NCBI GenBank assembly: GCA_036500405.1
Contig: DASYCD010000256.1
Coordinates: forward strand, 5,816-69,815
DNA from: Bryobacteraceae bacterium
Lineage (GTDB): Bacteria; Acidobacteriota; Terriglobia; Bryobacterales; Bryobacteraceae
DNA: 64,000 bases
Direction: 5' to 3'
A program made the translations under genes and the position numbers. Below, one piece after another: positions 36,720 through 44,437 of the stretch. The notes beneath the pieces are model-generated. The model saw only the letters and a program-made list of their open reading frames with translations, did no database searches and was not told the origin of the DNA. Every line of letters starts with the position of its first letter. Position 1 is the stretch's first letter.

Positions 36720-37348
36720 GCATCTATACCAGCATGCTGCAGACCAACTGCAATCTCGCCTAAACGATTGATGTTTCGAAGCGCGGCGGAAAGATATTCC
36801 GGACTCCCCACGCAAGCAGTTCGCGCATCATCGAGCGCCATACGCGTAAATCCACGAGCCGCCATAAGGGGATCCGCGAGCTCGCCCGCAATGGTGATCA
36901 TCGTCTGCATGGCTTCGTCCCGCTCCCGCAAACCCGCAAGAACGACAGCCGCAGGCTCGCAGATTTTGCGGAGAGCACGTATTGTTGAGCCATCCACGGG
37001 GCGCTCGGCGGCGAGAGCCAGAATTCCTTCCAGGCGGCCGGATGATGCGATCGGGATCAAAACACGTCCGGCGAACGAGACATCGTCGCCTCGCTCCAAT
37101 GCGGGAAGCGTTGCCGGATGCTCCGCGATCCAGCTATGGAAATCGCCCTCCCAGAGCCGACGTTCGCCTTCCCATCCGCAGGCGGAAACAAAGCGGGGAG
37201 CTGACGCGTCCCAGCAAAAAGCTACAGCGTCGCCGGCGTCGAAAATCGGCCGCGCGGAAGCACACAAAAGCGTGAGAAGAGCGCGAACTGAAGGCGACGG
37301 TTCGCGGCCCGACATTTTTACCTGCGTGCTTCCGATGGCAACCTCCAT
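36716..37348 (-). CDS. GAF-like domain protein with degenerate HisKA/DHp-like tail (no phospho-acceptor His, no ATPase domain)
   Basis: The N-terminal 140 aa are GAF-like (RLEGILALAAERP). The tail IAGELADPLMAARGFTRMAL...YLSAALRNINRLGEI mirrors the HisKA motif sHELRTPL, but with Gly in place of His. Confidence 0.5.
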   Translation of the reverse strand: MEVAIGSTQVKMSGREPSPSVRALLTLLCASARPIFDAGDAVAFCWDASAPRFVSACGWEGERRLWEGDFHSWIAEHPATLPALERGDDVSFAGRVLIPIASSGRLEGILALAAERPVDGSTIRALRKICEPAAVVLAGLRERDEAMQTMITIAGELADPLMAARGFTRMALDDARTACVGSPEYLSAALRNINRLGEIAVGLQHAGIDA

Positions 37349-37517
37349 ACGACCCCTGTGTGCGTTCCTGGTGAGTCAACATAACTCACTTCCGGCGAGG
37401 GTTCTTTTAGCCATATCGTAGCTAATCGCACGATTCATGGCACTGAGAAAACACCTAAACTCCCAGGATAAAATCCCCTGGTCACCTGCTTGCTGCGCAT
37501 AAGCAGACCTTGCTTGA

Positions 37518-37874
37518 ATGCGAGTACCCATTCTTAAACAGGGCGACTATCTGATCGCCTCCATACAATCCGCTCTTTCCGATGAGGATTTGATTCAGCT
37601 GCGGGATGACCTCGCGGCTCGGGTTGGAAAGTATCGTTCCAAAGGCGTTATCGTCGACGTGACCGTTCTCGACGTCATGGATTCCTTCGCTACCCGCACA
37701 TTGCGCGACCTTGCCCAGTCCGTTCGTCTACGCGGGGCACAGACCGTAATCGTGGGGATTCAGCCGGAGGTGGCGTTCGCCATGGTGCAGTTGGGTCTCG
37801 AACTGGGAAATGTTCATACAGCGCTCGATCTTGAAGAAGGCCTGGAGCTGATGACGGCGGGCCTGCCTGCCTGA
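37518..37874 (+). CDS. rsbS: STAS-domain stressosome scaffold protein RsbS
   Basis: This 118-aa single STAS domain starts VPILKQGDYLIASIQ and contains VIVDVTVLDVMDSFATR, with the conserved DS phospho-serine position. Confidence 0.8.
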   Translation: MRVPILKQGDYLIASIQSALSDEDLIQLRDDLAARVGKYRSKGVIVDVTVLDVMDSFATRTLRDLAQSVRLRGAQTVIVGIQPEVAFAMVQLGLELGNVHTALDLEEGLELMTAGLPA

Positions 37875-37883
37875 GGATCGCCG

Positions 37884-38285
37884 GTGGCGGTGGAAACCAG
37901 GCATCTGCCAATTCGGTCGGATAGTGACGTGGTGGAAGCGCGTATGGCTTCACGCACGCTGGCGGGGCGCGTCGGTTTTTCGGGCACAGATCAGGTGCTC
38001 ATTGCGACCGCTGTCTCCGAGATCGCGCGCAATATCGTTGAATACGCGCGCGGTGGCGAGGTGTTGATCTCGGCGCTTGAAGGAAGGCGAAAGGGTTTGG
38101 AAATCATTTTTCTGGATGAAGGGCCGGGCATCGCGGACGTCAGCCGGGCCATGGAGACCGGCTTCACCACCGCGCGTGGCTTGGGGATGGGTCTGCCGGG
38201 CGCCAAACGTCTGATGGACGAGTTCGATATTGCGTCGCGCGTGGGGCGCGGCACCGCAATCAAAATGAGGAAGTGGGTCGGATGA
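37884..38285 (+). CDS. rsbT: RsbT-type serine kinase / switch protein
   Basis: This is a 133-aa GHKL kinase-only protein with an N-box (EIARNIVEYA), G1 (DEGPGI) and G2 (GLGMGLPGAKR). It has a GTG start. Confidence 0.8.
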   Translation: MAVETRHLPIRSDSDVVEARMASRTLAGRVGFSGTDQVLIATAVSEIARNIVEYARGGEVLISALEGRRKGLEIIFLDEGPGIADVSRAMETGFTTARGLGMGLPGAKRLMDEFDIASRVGRGTAIKMRKWVG

Positions 38286-38908
38286 CGCGCTCATTCCGCA
38301 AACAGCGCTCGCTGATCGAGTGGAGTTTCTCGTCGGTACGGCCGCCGGGCGAATCGGAATCGGGCGACATGGCTCTCGTCAGGCCGGTAACCAACGGCGT
38401 GCTTCTGGCCGCGGTGGATGGCGCCGGACACGGTCATGAGGCGGCGAGTGCGGCGCAGATTGCCGTGACGACTCTGAAGGAACACGCTGGCGAAGGAATC
38501 GCCGCGCTGCTGCGGCGGTGCCACCTGAAACTCAGAGGGACGCGCGGCGCCGTCATGAGTCTGATTTCGTTCGACGGCGAACGTAATGAGATGAAGTGGC
38601 TCGGCGTCGGAAACATCTCCGGGCTGCTCGTGCGCCGGCGCGATCATCCGGGCGCAACTCAGGAAGGGATTCTGCTGAGAGGCGGTTTGCTGGGATACGC
38701 GCTGCCACGCCTGCAGCCCCAAATCGTCGCGATACTGCCAGGCGACACGGTCGCGCTGGCGACGGACGGAATCCATCCGGATTTCGTCAAAGATATGGAT
38801 GCCGACACGCCGCCCGGGACTCTCGCCGCCCGGCTCTGTTCGCGATACGCCACCGGGCGCGACGACGGCATGATGCTGGTGGCGCGATATCTGGGGTGGA
38901 ATACGTGA
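38282..38908 (+). CDS. rsbX: PP2C/SpoIIE-family phosphatase (RsbX-like)
   Basis: LAAVDGAGHGHEAASAA and ALATDGIHPDF are the metal-binding Asp motifs of small RsbX-type PP2C proteins. There is an ATGA overlap with rsbT. Confidence 0.65.
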   Translation: MTRSFRKQRSLIEWSFSSVRPPGESESGDMALVRPVTNGVLLAAVDGAGHGHEAASAAQIAVTTLKEHAGEGIAALLRRCHLKLRGTRGAVMSLISFDGERNEMKWLGVGNISGLLVRRRDHPGATQEGILLRGGLLGYALPRLQPQIVAILPGDTVALATDGIHPDFVKDMDADTPPGTLAARLCSRYATGRDDGMMLVARYLGWNT

Positions 38909-38996
38909 CCCGAAGGACGAAACAGTACGTAGATGGACCGTCGCGTGCATTCTGTGCGATACGGCGGGAGTGCGCGCTGGTGGAGGAACGAAGCTG

Positions 38997-39902
38997 ATGG
39001 CGATCAAAGATCGAGTCCGCAAGGACGCCGTAATGAAGTTGCCTGTGGCGGGCGAGTCCACCAAAGATCTGCTGACAGAGCTCGTTGCCCACCTGCGCCA
39101 GAACCGGACTCAGTTGCGTGAGGAGTGGGCGCGCCGCATTACCGAATCCCGCCTGCTGATGGCGATGACGCGGGAAGAAATTTTCGTGGAAGCCACAGCG
39201 GTTTACGACAACTATGTCGCGGTGCTCGAAACCGGCAGCGTGGAGGCTCTCCAGGAATACGCGCGCGATCTTTCTGAACGCATTATCCCGCGGGGCGTCG
39301 AAACCCATGAAGTGCTGGGAATCGTGCTGCTGCTGCGCGACGTTCTGGCGCGCTCTCTGTTCAAAAAGTACCAGGCCAATTTCGCCATGCTGAACCGCGT
39401 GCTGGATGCTTATGAGCCCGCCGCCAACCGCATTGCGAACACGGTGGGCGTCAGCTTCGTCCAGGAGCGCGAACGCATCATCCGCGAGCAGCAGGAAGCG
39501 ATCCGGGAACTCTCCACGCCGGTGCTCCAGGTACGTGAGCGTCTGCTCATTCTTCCCATCATTGGTGTAATCGATCCCCAACGAGCCCGGCAACTTACTG
39601 AGCAGTTACTGCGCGGTATCCGGGGAAACCGCGCGAAAGTGGTGGTGATCGATATTACGGGGGTCCCCTCGGTAGATTCCGGGGTGGCAAATCATCTGGT
39701 CCAGACCGTAGATGCCTCGCGGCTTATGGGCGCTACAGTTATTGTTACCGGCCTGTCATCGGAAATTGCGCAAACCCTTGTTACGATCGGCGTGGATCTG
39801 ACTAAAATGAAGACGGTCGGCGACTTACAGGGTGGAATTGAAGAGGCGGAACGGTTGCTGGGATATCAGATTGTTAGTCCCGCGTCATCGGCGGGCAGCT
39901 AA
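38997..39902 (+). CDS. rsbR: RsbR-type stressosome sensor protein (N-terminal globin-like sensor domain plus C-terminal STAS)
   Basis: The C-terminal sequence LSTPVLQVRERLLILPIIGVIDPQRARQL...VVIDITGVPSVDSGVANHL...VIVTGL is classic RsbR STAS. The start ATG 38997 is preceded by GGAGGA. Confidence 0.8.
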   Translation: MAIKDRVRKDAVMKLPVAGESTKDLLTELVAHLRQNRTQLREEWARRITESRLLMAMTREEIFVEATAVYDNYVAVLETGSVEALQEYARDLSERIIPRGVETHEVLGIVLLLRDVLARSLFKKYQANFAMLNRVLDAYEPAANRIANTVGVSFVQERERIIREQQEAIRELSTPVLQVRERLLILPIIGVIDPQRARQLTEQLLRGIRGNRAKVVVIDITGVPSVDSGVANHLVQTVDASRLMGATVIVTGLSSEIAQTLVTIGVDLTKMKTVGDLQGGIEEAERLLGYQIVSPASSAGS

Positions 39903-40066
39903 CGAAGATAACTGCCGGATCGTAGTGGATCAGGCAGTACAGAACATTTCCTGGCTGTGAATAATGCCGGTTGATCGCGGGCCGTTTTCCATTAACATAT
40001 AGTCATCTGAGCCACCGCTTAGCCAAGGTGTGCTTCGATACCAGTCACATTCCGGGAGGTTTTTCC

Positions 40067-41128
40067 ATGTCGCGACAGGTAAATGTGACATCGAACCAGG
40101 GTTCCCCCTTGCTTACCAATGATCTCCGGAGACTCGACGCAACGTTTTCCGACGCGGCGAGCCAGGGGAAACGCTGGGCGATCGTGCTCGCGGGCGGCGA
40201 TGGAAAGCGTCTGTTGCAGATGACGCGCGTTGTTGCCGGCGATGACCGTCCGAAACAATTTTGCGCGCTGGTGGACGCTGACACGCTACTGGAGAAAACG
40301 CGCAAACGCGCCGAGCGCAGTGTTGCGCCCGAACGCACGCTTTTTGCTCTGACGCGCGGACACAGCCGCTTCTATCTGAAGGAATCCGGCATTCGGGCCT
40401 CGCAGCGAATTGTGCAGCCCTGCAATAAGGGCACGGCGGCGCCAATTGTTTATGGATTAATGAGCATCGAGAAGCAGGATCGCGATGCGGTAGTGGCCGT
40501 CTTGCCGAGCGATCATCACTACTCCGACGAGGCGGCGTTCACGCGAGCGCTGAATTCGGCATTCGATGCGGCACAGCGTTATACGGGATCGGTCATTCTG
40601 ATGGGGGGGCATGCGCGGGGCGCCGAAACGGAATACGGGTGGATCGAACGGGGGGACGCGGTTGGCGGCGGAGCAAGCACGGCCTGGCGCGTCCGGAGCT
40701 TCCACGAAAAGCCGCCGGCGCCCGTCGCGCAGCGCTTGTTCGAAGAGGGCGCACTGTGGAACACATTCGTAATGGTAGGCCGCGTTCGCGATTTTATCGA
40801 TCTGGTGGGAGCAGCGCGCACCGGTCTGCTGAAAGCGTTCCCTCAGGAACATCTGTGGAACGGCTCGGAGGTTCACCTGGAAGAGTGGGTCTACAGCCGC
40901 ATCTATAACATCGATTTTTCGCGCGAGGTCCTTTCGAGCCAGACAGACCGGCTTCTGACGTTACCTTTGGAAGTCGGCTGGAACGATCTGGGACATCCGG
41001 AGCGCGTGCTCGACGTACTGCAGTCGACCGGGATGGAGCCGTGGTGGATGAAGGAATGGCAGGCTATGAAGCGGCCGGCGGCCCGCGCCGCGGCAACTGC
41101 CGGAGCGAGCGAAGCCGCCGTCGCGTGA
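40067..41128 (+). CDS. Mannose-1-phosphate guanylyltransferase-like sugar nucleotidyltransferase
   Basis: WAIVLAGGDGKRL...DRPKQF is the nucleotidyltransferase signature. The start was trimmed to ATG 40067, which has GGAGG 7 nt upstream. Confidence 0.75.
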   Translation: MSRQVNVTSNQGSPLLTNDLRRLDATFSDAASQGKRWAIVLAGGDGKRLLQMTRVVAGDDRPKQFCALVDADTLLEKTRKRAERSVAPERTLFALTRGHSRFYLKESGIRASQRIVQPCNKGTAAPIVYGLMSIEKQDRDAVVAVLPSDHHYSDEAAFTRALNSAFDAAQRYTGSVILMGGHARGAETEYGWIERGDAVGGGASTAWRVRSFHEKPPAPVAQRLFEEGALWNTFVMVGRVRDFIDLVGAARTGLLKAFPQEHLWNGSEVHLEEWVYSRIYNIDFSREVLSSQTDRLLTLPLEVGWNDLGHPERVLDVLQSTGMEPWWMKEWQAMKRPAARAAATAGASEAAVA

Positions 41129-41135
41129 TTTTCCT

Positions 41136-41435
41136 CTAAACTACGCTGGCGGTAGCGCGCGCCAGTTCTTCCGGATCATTCGCATGCTGGCTCTCGCGCA
41201 GCTTTCGCACGAGCGCGGCGATCGACCGTACGGAACGAAGGTCGTCAATTTCCAGATCCGCCAGTTCGATCCGGATATCGAAGGTCTGCTCGAGGTGCAT
41301 GATCAACTGCACGAGCGTGACTGAATCGAGCACGCCCTCCGCGAGCAGGTCCGTATCGTCACTCGCCACTTCCACGGCGAGTTTATCCGCGATCAACCGC
41401 CGAACGACGCCGGCGAGATTCAACACCGCACTCAC
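41136..41435 (-). CDS. Acyl/peptidyl carrier protein
   Basis: This 99-aa protein has LLAEGVLDSVTLVQLI (DS phosphopantetheine attachment motif). Its start overlaps the stop of the adenylation gene. Confidence 0.8.
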   Translation of the reverse strand: MSAVLNLAGVVRRLIADKLAVEVASDDTDLLAEGVLDSVTLVQLIMHLEQTFDIRIELADLEIDDLRSVRSIAALVRKLRESQHANDPEELARATASVV

Positions 41436-43087
41436 TGAAATGCCTCCTGGGTGGCCGTTGCGCTGCGCGTCCCGAGAGGGCGCGGCATGGGCGATTCCGC
41501 ATTAGCGGCGAGTTCAAGGAACTTCTCTTTCAGACAACGCCGGTCTGTCTTGCCGTTACCGTTGAGCGGCATGCGATCGAGCGGCATCCACTGCGCGGGA
41601 ATCATATAGCTGGGGAGCAGCTTCGAAAGACTGCGCCGCAGGGCCGCGGGACTCTCTTCCCCGCCCGGCGCCGGCACCCATGCGCAGCAAATCGTGGTAC
41701 CTTCGAAAGCCGAGCAGTCGATCGCCACCACAGCCGCCGTCTGAATTCCCGGAAGCGAATGCAGCGCCGCTTCGATTTCGCCGAGCTCGATTCGATAACC
41801 GCGGCTCTTGATCTGCGAATCGGAACGGCCGAGCAGACAGAGATCTCCGTTTTTCGTCCACCGGGCCAGATCGCCTGTGCGATAGATGCGTCCTTCCGGT
41901 CCAGGCGTGGCGGGATCCTGCACAAAGACTTCTGCCGTACGCGCCGGATCACGCCAGTATCCCGGACTCAGACCGGCTCCGCCAATATACAGATCGCCAG
42001 CCTCCTCCGGTTTGACCGGCTGCAGCTTTTCATCCAGCACCAGAAGCCGTTCACCCGCGCAGGGTTCGCCAATTGGCGTTTCGGCGGTTTCATCCGAAGG
42101 GCATGCCGGTACTTTGTAAAAGCTGCTCGCGATCGTCGCCTCCGTGGGGCCATAGAGGTTGTAGAATCCGATGCCCGGCAAGCGGCTCATCCAGTAGATG
42201 AGGCCGGGCGTGGGAAATTTCTCGCCGCACCAAAGCAGCCGTTTGAGAGATGGGAAATCATTCTGGCGCACTGCGTCCGATTTCGCCATGTGGGTGAGAA
42301 TCGACGGCACCGAAAACCACTGCGTCAGCTTCGCATCGCGGATGAAACTTGCCAGGCGGGCCGGCAACAGGTTCAGTTCGGGCGGAACAAGATGCAGTTC
42401 GGCGCCGACGCGAACGGTTCCATGAATGTCGAAAGTGGAAAGATCGAAATGAAAGGGCGGATGCGCGGAAACGCGATCGCTCGATTCCATGCCGAAATAC
42501 GGCACGGCCCAATCGAGAAACTGCAGCGCGTTCGAGTGCGTAATCATCACGCCTTTGGGCGCCCCGGTGGTGCCGGAAGTAAACAGCAGGTGCGCGATGT
42601 CTTCGTCCGTTGTGGAGGATGGAAGAGGCGCCGAAGAGAGCGACTGCACCTCCGGCCAGGAGAAAGCAGCGCGGTCATCGTCCGGGCTTTCCGTAACAGG
42701 ATCCATCCAGCCCACTTTGGCTGAACCGCGTAACAGATCCGTCAAGAGGGGTCCCGCGGAATGCATGGCCAGTACGCAGCGGCAATCTGCCGCTTCGAGG
42801 ATGCGCGCAAGCCGGGCGGCGGGCGAGGACGTATCCAGCGGAACGTAGATGCAATCCGCCTTGAGCGCGCCGAACATGCCGATCAGAATTTCAAGCGACT
42901 TCGGAAGGAACAGACCGACGCGGTCCCCTTTCACGCAACCAGCGTTCCGCAACGCGCGCGCCACGCGATTGGAAGCCTGCTCCCATTCCGCATAACTCAT
43001 CCGCTGATTTTTAAAGACGACAGCAGTTTTCTCGGGGTGATTTTCCGCCGACTTCGTCAGAGCGTCCTGCAATCTCCGCCTCACCAA
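41432..43087 (-). CDS. Stand-alone adenylation enzyme (ANL superfamily, DltA/NRPS A-domain-like)
   Basis: LFTSGTTGAPKGV (A3), YGPTE (A5), YRTGDLARW (A8) and GRSDSQIKSRGYRIELGEIE (A8-A10) core motifs are present. Confidence 0.85.
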   Translation of the reverse strand: MVRRRLQDALTKSAENHPEKTAVVFKNQRMSYAEWEQASNRVARALRNAGCVKGDRVGLFLPKSLEILIGMFGALKADCIYVPLDTSSPAARLARILEAADCRCVLAMHSAGPLLTDLLRGSAKVGWMDPVTESPDDDRAAFSWPEVQSLSSAPLPSSTTDEDIAHLLFTSGTTGAPKGVMITHSNALQFLDWAVPYFGMESSDRVSAHPPFHFDLSTFDIHGTVRVGAELHLVPPELNLLPARLASFIRDAKLTQWFSVPSILTHMAKSDAVRQNDFPSLKRLLWCGEKFPTPGLIYWMSRLPGIGFYNLYGPTEATIASSFYKVPACPSDETAETPIGEPCAGERLLVLDEKLQPVKPEEAGDLYIGGAGLSPGYWRDPARTAEVFVQDPATPGPEGRIYRTGDLARWTKNGDLCLLGRSDSQIKSRGYRIELGEIEAALHSLPGIQTAAVVAIDCSAFEGTTICCAWVPAPGGEESPAALRRSLSKLLPSYMIPAQWMPLDRMPLNGNGKTDRRCLKEKFLELAANAESPMPRPLGTRSATATQEAFQ

Positions 43088-44184
43088 GTGACCTCGCGGG
43101 CAGCCATCCGGAACGCGGTTCGCATGTGCTCGAATTCCTCTTCGAGAGCGGGAATATCCAGAATGAAGGTGTCGTATCCGGCCAGGAGATAACCCGATAG
43201 CGCCCGCGCCACCGACTCATAATTCCCGACGAGATACGGACAGAACGTCTTGTAGTTTTCGTAAGGACCGAGCCAGTATGGGTTGCGGCCTGTCGCACTC
43301 GCCGACGTTTCCTGCGGGTTCGATTTACCAAGCTCAGCCAGACGCTGGTGCCAGACAGAATCCGAAACCTTGAGGGCGAGCTTATGCGTGATCTGTCCCT
43401 GCCGATCGTCCGGGAATCGATCGAGCGCGACGCGCCACGCTTCCTCTTCATCGGACCGCGCAATAATGCCGATGCGAAGACCGTGGCCTCCGAGCGGCTT
43501 GCCGTCCGATGGTTTGCTTTCCGATAATGACGCGTAGTGCTCCGGCGGTTCAGGATACTGCACGGGAATAGCGCCAATGGCGCGGGCTGAATTCAAACCG
43601 GCGGGTGAGGAACCCGACATCAGTACCTGCGGCATCAACTCGGCCGGCAATGCAGGCTGGAGAGTCAGATTGCGAACCTGATAAAAGCGCCCTTCGAATG
43701 TGGATGGCGAAGGGTGGCGAAGCAGATCGAGCATGACCTTCGCATATTCCGCGAGGCGTTCGTAACGCGCGTCATGCGGAGTGGGGTCATTGAGGGCAAT
43801 CAGATCGTTGCGGAATCCACCGGCGACAAGGTTAAGATCCACACGCCGCTCATGCAGCGCCGAGAGCGAACTGACCATTTTTGCCGCGCTGAACGGATGC
43901 ATGTAGATGGGCTGCAGCGCCACAAGTGGGCTTAAATGGAACGTGTTCCCGATAACAAGTTGCGCGATCAGCCATGGATCGACCATTTGGTTATCGGTGT
44001 AAATCAGCATCCCCTCGCAGCCTGCGTCCTCACTCCACTGCGCCGCGCGAGTTACCGATTTTTTGTATCTTCTGAAGTCTTTTTGCCCGTAGCTCGGCGG
44101 ACAGGTCGAATAAACTTTGGCGCCCGGGCAAAGAATATCCCGGCCTGAAGCGGCGGGCCGCGGGGCCGCCAGCGTTTCCACCAT
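43081..44184 (-). CDS. Luciferase-like (LLM class) flavin-dependent oxidoreductase
   Basis: GCEGMLIYTDN...DPWLIAQ...MVSSLSALHERRVDLNLVAGG is LLM-like. The start was trimmed to ATG 44184, which has AGGAGGA 6 nt upstream. Confidence 0.75.
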   Translation of the reverse strand: MVETLAAPRPAASGRDILCPGAKVYSTCPPSYGQKDFRRYKKSVTRAAQWSEDAGCEGMLIYTDNQMVDPWLIAQLVIGNTFHLSPLVALQPIYMHPFSAAKMVSSLSALHERRVDLNLVAGGFRNDLIALNDPTPHDARYERLAEYAKVMLDLLRHPSPSTFEGRFYQVRNLTLQPALPAELMPQVLMSGSSPAGLNSARAIGAIPVQYPEPPEHYASLSESKPSDGKPLGGHGLRIGIIARSDEEEAWRVALDRFPDDRQGQITHKLALKVSDSVWHQRLAELGKSNPQETSASATGRNPYWLGPYENYKTFCPYLVGNYESVARALSGYLLAGYDTFILDIPALEEEFEHMRTAFRMAAREVTW

Positions 44185-44212
44185 CTGCGATCCTCCTACT
44201 TCACCCGGACGC

Positions 44213-44228
44213 AGCACGATCAGTGCCA
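44213..44228 (-). promoter_or_regulatory. Candidate sigma-54 promoter of the LLM / adenylation / carrier-protein operon
   Basis: The minus strand reads TGGCAC-TGATC-GTGC-T, with a perfect -24 element and conserved -12 GC spacing. It lies about 30 nt upstream of the SD-supported ATG 44184. Confidence 0.45.
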
Positions 44229-44344
44229 GAGCAGGTGTGTTTTTATTACCCGATTTTCAACACCCGCGAAATTCCAGATACCACTTCAGGGGTAAACATT
44301 TCCACTCTTTTCCCGGAGTGGAACCGAACGACATCCATTGTCCC

Positions 44345-44393
44345 GAAAACAAAATCCGCGAGCGAAGGCATTTCCTGCCGTCGCTCGCGGATT
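44345..44393 (-). terminator. Rho-independent terminator of gene 44438..45709
   Basis: A perfect 12-bp stem, AATCCGCGAGCG (44353-44364) / CGCTCGCGGATT (44382-44393), is followed on the minus strand by TTTTGTTTTC. Confidence 0.7.
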
Positions 44394-44437
44394 GTACTTT
44401 ATAAAACGTGAAGCGCTGGAGGCTTTCGCGCCCGCGC

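Noticed and set aside
37479-37493. TGGTCA-CCTGC-TTGC(T) 25 nt upstream of rsbS as a sigma-54 promoter.
   Set aside because: Only TGG and TTGC match. This seven-position match is expected several times per window by chance, and the resulting 12-nt leader has no ribosome-binding site. The idea is attractive, but the sequence alone does not support it.
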